Source: the human T2T-CHM13v2.0 reference genome, Homo sapiens. From it: 64,000 nt of DNA. A model generated the notes under the pieces. That model searched no databases and had not been told where the DNA came from. It saw only the letters and a program-made list of their open reading frames with translations. Position 1 is the stretch's first letter; every line of letters starts with the position of its first letter. Shown piece by piece: positions 51,585 through 64,000 of this stretch. The position numbers were made by a program, and so were the translations under genes. The stretch is taken from the NCBI RefSeq assembly GCF_009914755.1, contig NC_060948.1. One strand, written 5' to 3'.

Positions 51585-53686
51585 AGATCCATATTTTTTA
51601 AATGAAAAAAAATTTCAAAGGTACTCTGCTTGGTACAATAATCAAATGTATAAACTGAGGAATAAAACATAACCATGAAACCTACTTATAACTGCATATG
51701 GAAAATACAGAGGATAATTTTTTAAATAACATATTTTGAAAGCCTTAACTAGTAATTTGAAGAGCTGGCATTTGAAAGGCCAGTGTGAATATACCTTCAA
51801 ATCAGCAACACAGGTTCCCCATGAGAAAAAGCAAACACAGGGATAATGAAAACACAAAGGTTCAATCTCTTCTGACCTTTGAAAGACACAGCACAGACAG
51901 TGGTCCTTAGGACGAAGAGCAGGAGACCCCTAATTCCGTCACCATGGCGATAGGGCATAAACATTGCTGGGTGAGGGCACAATCCACATTGTGAGGTCCA
52001 ACTGCTGCCAGGAAGACAGGAGTGCTTTTACATAGACCGAAAGGTCATTGAAGGCTCAGAGTTTTGTTTCAAGAACTGAATCCCAAGCCCACACGTTATT
52101 AGGCTGCGCTTCTTAAAACAAGTTATGAGATGGGAAAAAGGGCACCCACAAACATACGTATACATTATGTATATAATAATATACAGTGTCATATATATAA
52201 TATATATAACCTATGTATAATATTGTTTTACATCCTGCATCTTATGTTATATATATTGTATAAAATATAATAATTGATAATATATAAGTTTTATAATTAT
52301 ACAATATGACATATAGTATATATTATAATTTATGACATATATAATATATGTTATATGTCATATATAGAATATATTATACGGTTAATATACGTATTAAATA
52401 TAAATTATACATTATATATATTATATATAATATATCTGTTATATATAATACCCATTATGCATAATATATATATTATGTCTATGTTATATATAGTATAAAA
52501 CAACATATAATATATAATTGTATATATAAAATGCGACATATAATATATATTATATTTTATAACATATGTAATATATATTATATATTATATATAATACATT
52601 GTATGTATAATACCTATATTAAATATATATTATATGACTATGTTATTAATTACATGTCACATGTGTTATATATTATATATTTTACATAGAATATACCGGT
52701 TACATACAATATATACTATGTTACCTATAATGTATAATTTATTACATGTAAAATAAAGAATGCAATATATTATGTATAATTTATAATATACCATATGTGG
52801 AATGTGATATATATAACATATAATATATGATATATGATATACAGTATATGATATATAACATACAATATATGATTCCTAATATATATGGTATACAATATAT
52901 ATTTTATGATACGTATTCTATATGTTTTATATTCTGTTATATATAACTATTTGAAATTATATATAACTGTATAATATTTTATGTAAATATGTAATATAAT
53001 ATATATAACTATATAATATATTATATATAACTATATATTATGTTATATATACTTTTATAACATAATTTACATAAAATATCATAATATAATATATATTATA
53101 TTATTTCATATTACATAATATATATTACATATCACCCAATATAACTAACATACATAATATTATAATATAGATTATATTGTGTTATATTAAATATCATATA
53201 AATCATGTATCATATATTCTATAATATATATTACACATTATATAATATGTATGTTGTCTATTATGTGATATATATAACTATATATATAATTATATTTTTA
53301 TACATATAACTAGATAAACATGTAATTCTACATATTTTCATTTATAATATGTAGAATTATATAATCATATATAATTATTTATATTCTATAAAAAATTTTA
53401 TCATTATATAAATTATAATATATAAAAATTATAATATGTACTACAAATATATATATTATATATCATATATGATATAGTACCTTTGTTATATATCATAATA
53501 CATATAAATGTGTATTATGTTATCTATAATTATATAATTTCTTATATAAGATGTATAATATGTATCATATATTATATATGTTATATACTATATATAGTAT
53601 ATATAAGATGACACAGGATAAATATTATATACTATGACATATAAAATATATGAGGTTATATGTTACATATAAGGCATAGCACATAA

Positions 53687-54001
<315 letters not shown>

Positions 54002-56103
54002 AGATCCATATTTTTTAAATGAAAAAAAATTTCAAAGGTACTCTGCTTGGTACAATAATCAAATGTATAAACTGAGGAATAAAACATAACCATGAAACCT
54101 ACTTATAACTGCATATGGAAAATACAGAGGATAATTTTTTAAATAACATATTTTGAAAGCCTTAACTAGTAATTTGAAGAGCTGGCATTTGAAAGGCCAG
54201 TATGAATATACCTTCAAATCAGCAACACAGGTTCCCCATGAGAAAAAGCAAACACAGGGATAATGAAAACACAAAGGTTCAATCTCTTCTGACCTTTGAA
54301 AGACACAGCACAGACAGTGGTCCTTAGGACGAAGAGCAGGAGAACCCTAATTCCGTCACCATGGCGATAGGGCATAAACATTGCTGGGTGAGGGCACAAT
54401 CCACATTGTGAGGTCCAACTGCTGCCAGGAAGACAGAAGAGCTTTTACATAGACCGAAAGGTCATTGAAGGCTCAGAGTTTTGTTTCAAGAACTGAATCC
54501 CAAGCCCACACGTTATTAGGCTGCGCTTCTTAAAACAAGTTATGAGATGGGAAAAAGGGCACCCACAAACATACGTATACATTATGTATATAATAATATA
54601 CAGTATCATATATATTATATATATAACCTATGTATAATATTGTTTTACATCCTGCATCTTATGTTATATATATTGTATAAAATATAATAATTGATAATAT
54701 ATAAGTTTATAATTATACAATATGACATATAGTATATATTATAATTTATGACATATAATATATGTTATATGTCATATATAGAATATATTGTACGGTTAAT
54801 ATACGTATTAAATATAAATTATACATAATATATATTATATATAATATATCTGTTATATATAATACCCATTATGCATAATATATATATTATGTCTATGTTA
54901 TATATAGTATAAAACAACATATAATAATATATAATTGTATATATAAAATGCGACATATAATATATATTATATTTTATAACATATGTAATATATATTATAT
55001 ATTATATATAATACGTTGTATGTATAATACCTATATTAAATATATATTATATGACTATGTTATTAATTACATGTCACATGTGTTATATATTATATATTTT
55101 ACATAGAATATACCGGTTACATACAATATATACTATGTTACCTATAATGTATAATTTATTACATGTAAAATAAAGAATGCAATATATTATGTATAATTTA
55201 TAATATACCATATGTGGAATGTGATATATATAACATATAATATATGATATATGATATACAGTATATGATATATAACATACAATATATGATTCCTATAATA
55301 TATGGTATACAATGTATATTTTATGATATGTATTCTATATGTTTTATATTCTGTTATATACAACTATTTGAAATTATATATAACTGTATAATATTTTATG
55401 TAAATATGTAATATAATATATATAACTATATAATATATTATATATAACTATATATTATGTTATATATACTTTTATAACATAATTTACATTAAATATCATA
55501 ATATAATATATATTATATTATTTCATATTACATAATATATATTACATATCACCCAATATAACTAACATACATAATATTATAATATAGATTATATTGTGTT
55601 ATATTAAATATCCTATATATCATGTATCATATATTCTATAATATATATTACACATTATATAATATGTATGTTGTCTATTATGTGATATATATAACTATAT
55701 ATATAATTATATTTTTATACATATAAGTAGATAAACATGTAATTCTACATATTTTCATTTATAATATGTAGAATTATATAATCATATATAATTATTTATA
55801 TTCTATAAAAAATTTTATCATTACATAAATTATAATATATAAAAATTATAATATGTACTACAAATATATATATTATATATCATATATGATATAGTGCCTT
55901 TGTTATATATCATAATACATATAAATGTGTATTATGTTATCTATAATTATATAATTTCATATATAAGATGTATAATATGTATCATATATTATATATGTTA
56001 TGTAATATATATAGTATATATAAGATGACACAGGATAAATATTATATACTATGACATATAAAATATATGAGGTTATATGTTACATATAAGGCATAGCACA
56101 TAA

Positions 56104-56418
<315 letters not shown>

Positions 56419-58523
56419 AGATCCATATTTTTTAAATGAAAAAAAATTTCAAATGTACTCTGCTTGGTACAATAATCAAATGTATAAACTGAGGAATAAA
56501 ACATAACCATGAAACCTACTTATAACTGCATATGGAAAATACAGAGGATAATTTTTTAAATAACATATTTTGAAAGCCTTAACTAGTAATTTGAAGAGCT
56601 GGCATTTGAAAGGCCAGGATGAATATACCTTCAAAGCAGCAACACAGGTTCCCCATGAGAAAAAGCAAACACAGGGAAAATAAAAACACAAAGGTTCAAT
56701 CTCTTCTGACCTTTGAAAGACACAGCACAGACAGTGGTCCTTAGGACGAAGAGCAGGAGACCCCTAATTCCGTCACCATGGCGATAGGGCATAAACATTG
56801 CTGGGTGAGGGCACAATCCACATTGTGAGGTCCAACTGCTGCCAGGAAGACAGGAGTGCTTTTACATAGACCGAAAGGTCATTGAAGGCTCAGAGTTTTG
56901 TTTCAAGAACTGAATCCCAAGCCCACACGTTATTAGGCTGCGCTTCTTAAAACAAGTTATGAGATGGGAAAAAGGGCACGCACAAACATACGTATACATT
57001 ATGTATATAATAATATACAGTATCATATATATAATATATATAACCTATGTATAATATTGTTTTACATCCTGCATCTTATGTTATATATATTGTATAAAAT
57101 ATAATAATTGATAATATATAAGTTTTATAAATATACAATATGACATATAGTATATATTGTAATTTATGACATATATAATATATGTTATATGTCATATATA
57201 GAATATATTATACGGTTAATATACGTATTAAATATAAATTGTACATTATATATATTATATATAATATATCTGTTATATATAATACCCATTATGCATAATA
57301 TATATATTATGTCTATGTTATATATAGTATAAAACAACATATAATAATATATAATTGTATATATAAAATGCGACATATAATATATATTATATTTTATAAC
57401 ATATGTAATATATATTATATATTATATATAATACGTTGTATGTATAATACCTATATTAAATATATATTATATGACTATGTTATTAATTACATGTCACATG
57501 TGTTATATATTATATATTTTACATAGAATATACCGATTACATACAATATAAACTATGTTACCTATAATGTATAATTTATTACATGTAAAATAAAGAATGC
57601 AATATATTATGTATAATTTATAATATACAATATGTGGAATGTGATATATATAACATATAATATATGATATATGATATACAGTATATGATATATAACATAC
57701 AATATATGATTCCTAATATATATGGTATACAATATATATTTTATGATATGTATTCTATATGTTTTATATTCTGTTATATATAACTATTTGAAATTATATA
57801 TAACTGTATAATATTTTATGTAAATATGTAATATAATATATATAACTATATAATATATTATATATAACTATATATTATGTTATATATACTTTTATAACAT
57901 AATTTACATAAAATATCATAATATAATATATATTATATTATTTCATATTACATAATATATATTACATATCACCCAATATAACTAACATACATAATATTAT
58001 AATATAGATTATATTGTGTTATATTAAATATCATATATATCATGTATCATATATTCTATAATATATATTACACATTATATAATATGTATGTTGTCTATTA
58101 TGTGATATATATAACTATATATATAATTATATTTTTATACATATAACTGGATAAACATGTAATTCTACATATTTTCATTTATAATATGTAGAATTATATA
58201 ATCATATATAATTATTTGTATTCTATAAAAAATTTTATCATTATATAAATTATAATATATAAAAATTATAATATGTACTACAAATATATATATTATATAT
58301 CATATATGATATAGTACCTTTGTTATATATCATAATACATATAAATGTGTATTATGTTATCTATAATTATATAATTTCATATATAAGATGTATAATATGT
58401 ATCATATATTATATATGTTATGTAATATATATAGTATATATAAGATGACACAGGATAAATATTATATACTATGACATATAAAATATATGAGGTTATATGT
58501 TACATATAAGGCATAGCACATAA

Positions 58524-58838
<315 letters not shown>

Positions 58839-60941
58839 AGATCCATATTTTTTAAATGAAAAAAAATTTCAAAGGTACTCTGCTTGGTACAATAATCAAA
58901 TGTATAAACTGAGGAATAAAACATAACCATGAAACCTACTTATAACTGCATATGGAAAATACAGAGGATAATTTTTTAAATAACATATTTTGAAAGCCTT
59001 AACTAGTAATTTGAAGAGTTGGCATTTGAAAGGCCAGTATGAATATACCTTCAAAGCAGCAACACAGGTTCCCCATGAGAAAAAGCAAACACAGGGAAAA
59101 TAAAAACACAAAGGTTCAATCTCTTCTGACCTTTGAAAGACACAGCACAGACAGTGGTCCTTAGGACGAAGAGCAGGAGACCCCTAATTCCGTCACCATG
59201 GCGATAGGGCATAAACATTGCTGGGTGAGGGCACAATCCACATTGTGAGGTCCAACTGCTGCCAGGAAGACAGGAGTGCTTTTACATAGACCGAAAGGTC
59301 ATTGAAGGCTCAGAGTTTTGTTTCAAGAACTGAATCCCAAGCCCACACGTTATTAGGCTGCGCTTCTTAAAACAAGTTATGAGATGGGAAAAAGGGCACC
59401 CACAAACATACGTATACATTATGTATATAATAATATACAGTATCATATATATAATATATATAACCTATGTATAATATTGTTTTACATCCTGCATCTTATG
59501 TTATATATATTGTATAAAATATAATAATTGATAATATATGTTTTATAAATATACAATATGACATATAGTATATATTATAATTTAAGACATATATAATATA
59601 TGTTATATGTCATATATAGAATATATTATACGGTTAATATACGTATTAAATATAAATTGTACATTATATATATTATATATAATATATCTGTTATATATAA
59701 TACCCATTATGCATAATATATATATTATGTCTATGTTATATATAGTATAAAACAACATATAATAATATATAATTGTATATATAAAATGCGACATATAATA
59801 TATATTATATTTTATAACATATGTAATATATATTATATATTATATATAATACGTTGTATGTATAATACCTATATTAAATATATATTATAAGACTATGTTA
59901 TTAATTACATGTCACATGTCTTATATATTATATATTTTACATAGAATATACCGGTTACATACAATATATACTATGTTACCTATAATGTATAATTTATTAG
60001 AAGTAAAATAAAGAATGCAATATATTATGTATAATTTATAATATACAATATGTGGAATGTGATATATATAACATATAATATATGATATATGATATACAGT
60101 ATATGATATATAACATACAATATATGATTCCTAATATATATGGTATACAATATATATTTTATGATATGTATTCTATATGTTTTATATTCTGTTATATATA
60201 ACTATTTGAAATTATATATAACTGTATAATATTTTATGTAAATATGTAATATAATATATATAACTATATAATATATTATATATAACTATATATTATGTTA
60301 TATATACTTTTATAACATAATTTACATAAAATATCATAATATAATATATATTATATTATTTCATATTACATAATGTATATTACATATCACCCAATATAAC
60401 TAACATACATAATATTATAATATGGATTATATTGTGTTATATTAAATATCATATATATCATGTATCATATATTCTATAATATATATTACACATTATATAA
60501 TATGTATGTTGTCTATTATGTGATATATATAACTATATATATAATTATATTTTTATACAAATAACTGGATAAACATGTAATTCTACATATTTTCATTTAT
60601 AATATGTAGAATTATATAATCATATATAATTATTTGTATTCTATAAAAAATTTTATCATTATATAAATTATAATATATAAAAATTATAATATGTACTACA
60701 AATATATATATTATATATCATATATGATATAGTACCTTTGTTATATATCATAATACATATAAATGTGTATTATGTTATCTATAATTATATAATTTCATAT
60801 ATAAGATGTATAATATGTATCATATATTATATATGTTATGTAATATATGTAGTATATATAAGATGACACAGGATAAATATTATATACTATGACATATAAA
60901 ATATATGAGGTTATATGTTACATATAAGGCATAGCACATAA

Positions 60942-61255
<314 letters not shown>

Positions 61256-63360
61256 AGATCCATATTTTTTAAATGAAAAAAAATTTCAAAGGTACTCTGC
61301 TTGGTACAATAATCAAATGTATAAACTGAGGAATAAAACATAACCATGAAACCTACTTATAACTGCATATGGAAAATACAGAGGATAATTTTTTAAATAA
61401 CATATTTTGAAAGCCTTAACTAGTAATTTGAAGAGTTGGCATTTGAAAGGCCAGTATGAATATACCTTCAAAGCAGCAACACAGGTTCCCCATGAGAAAA
61501 AGCAAACACAGGGAAAATAAAAACACAAAGGTTCAATCTCTTCTGACCTTTGAAAGACACAGCACAGACAGTGGTCCTTAGGACGAAGAGCAGGAGACCC
61601 CTAATTCCGTCACCATGGCGATAGGGCATAAACATTGCTGGGTGAGGGCACAATCCACATTGTGAGGTCCAACTGCTGCCAGGAAGACAGGAGTGCTTTT
61701 ACATAGACCGAAAGGTCATTGAAGTCTCAGAGTTTTGTTTCAAGAACTGAATCCCAAGCCCACACGTTATTAGGCTGCGCTTCTTAAAACAAGTTATGAG
61801 ATGGGAAAAAGGGCACCCACAAACATACGTATGCATTATGTATATAATAATATACAGTATCATATATATAATATATATAACCTATGTATAATATTGTTTT
61901 ACATCCTGCATCTTATGTTATATATATTGTATAAAATATAATAATTGATAATATATAAGTTTTATAAATATACAATATGACATATAGTATATATTATAAT
62001 TTATGACATATATAATATATGTTATATGTCATATATAGAATATATTATACGGTTAATATACGTATTAAATATAAATTGTACATTATATATATGATATATA
62101 ATATATCTGTTATATATAATACCCATTATGCATAATATATATATTATGTCTATGTTATATATAGTATAAAACAACATATAATAATATATAATTGTATATA
62201 TAAAATGCGACATATAATATATATTATATTTTATAACATATGTAATATATATTATATATTATATATAATACGTTGTATGTATAATACCTATATTAAATAT
62301 ATATTATATGACTATGTTATTAATTACATGTCACATGTGTTATATATTATATATTTTACATAGAATATACCGGTTACATACAATATATACTATGTTACCT
62401 ATAATGTATAATTTATTACATGTAAAATAAAGAATGCAATATATTATGTATAATTTATAATATACCATATGTGGAATGTGATATATATATCATATAATAT
62501 ATGATATATGATATACAGTATATGATATATAACATACAATATATGATTCCTAATATATATGGTATACAATATATATTTTATGATATGTATTCTATATGTT
62601 TTATATTCTGTTATATATAACTATTTGAAATTATATATAACTGTATAATATTTTATGTAAATATGTAATATAATATATATAACTATATAATATATTATAT
62701 ATAACTATATATTATGTTATATATACTTTTATAACATAATTTACATAAAATATCATAATATAATATATATTATATTATTTCATATTACATAATATATATT
62801 ACATATCACCCAATATAACTAACATACATAATATTATAATATAGATTATATTGTGTTATATTAAATATCATATATATCATGTATCATATATTCTATAATA
62901 TATATTACACATTATATAATATGTATGTTGTCTATTATGTGATATATATAACTCTATATATAATTATATTTTTATACATATAACTGGATAAACATGTAAT
63001 TCTACATATTTTCATTTATAATATGTAGAATTATATAATCATATATAATTATTTGTATTCTATAAAAAATTTTATCATTACATAAATTATAATATATAAA
63101 AATTATAATATGTACTACAAATATATATATTATATATCATATATGATATAGTACCTTTGTTATATATCATAATACATATAAATGTGTATTATGTTATCTA
63201 TAATTATATAATTTCATATATAAGATGTATAATATGTATCATATATTATATATGTTATGTAATATATATAGTATATATAAGATGACACAGGATAAATATT
63301 ATATACTATGACATATAAAATATATGAGGTTATATGTTACATATAAGGCATAGCACATAA

Positions 63361-63675
<315 letters not shown>

Positions 63676-64000
63676 AGATCCATATTTTTTAAATGAAAAA
63701 AAATTTCAAAGGTACTCTGCTTGGTACAATAATCAAATGTATAAACTGAGGAATAAAACATAACCATGAAACCTACTTATAACTGCATATGGAAAATACA
63801 GAGGATAATTTTTTAAATAACATATTTTGAAAGCCTTAACTAGTAATTTGAAGAGCTGGCATTTGAAAGGCCAGTATGAATATACCTTCAAAGCAGCAAC
63901 ACAGGTTCCCCATGAGAAAAAGCAAACACAGGGAAAATAAAAACACAAAGGTTCAATCTCTTCTGACCTTTGAAAGACACAGCACAGACAGTGGTCCTTA

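Overview
Gene-free satellite heterochromatin that matches human Yq12. Bases 1-8976 are a (CCATT)n HSat3/DYZ1 array with a 3543-bp higher-order unit; the last unit carries a 695-bp deletion and is decayed. The array switches abruptly at ~8977 to a DYZ2/HSat1B array, whose ~2.42-kb unit is a ~570-bp HSATI core, a 5'-truncated diverged Alu and a ~1.55-kb AT-rich tract. DYZ2 runs on the + strand to ~24972 (6 complete cores plus one unit lacking core and Alu) and then flips to the - strand for the rest of the window (16 complete Alus), producing a large quasi-palindrome with a ~1.17-kb spacer. The - strand block contains a near-identical 7251-bp (3-unit) tandem duplication. All ORFs in the track are by-products of repeat translation, and I find no protein-coding or RNA gene and no new enzymatic system. 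The most interesting signals are structural or regulatory: a base-resolved inversion junction inside the Alu core, variants shared across the inverted arms, a distinct subtype at the array edge, and perfect heat-shock elements in phase with the DYZ1 pentamer. Family assignments come from recognition, not from a database search.
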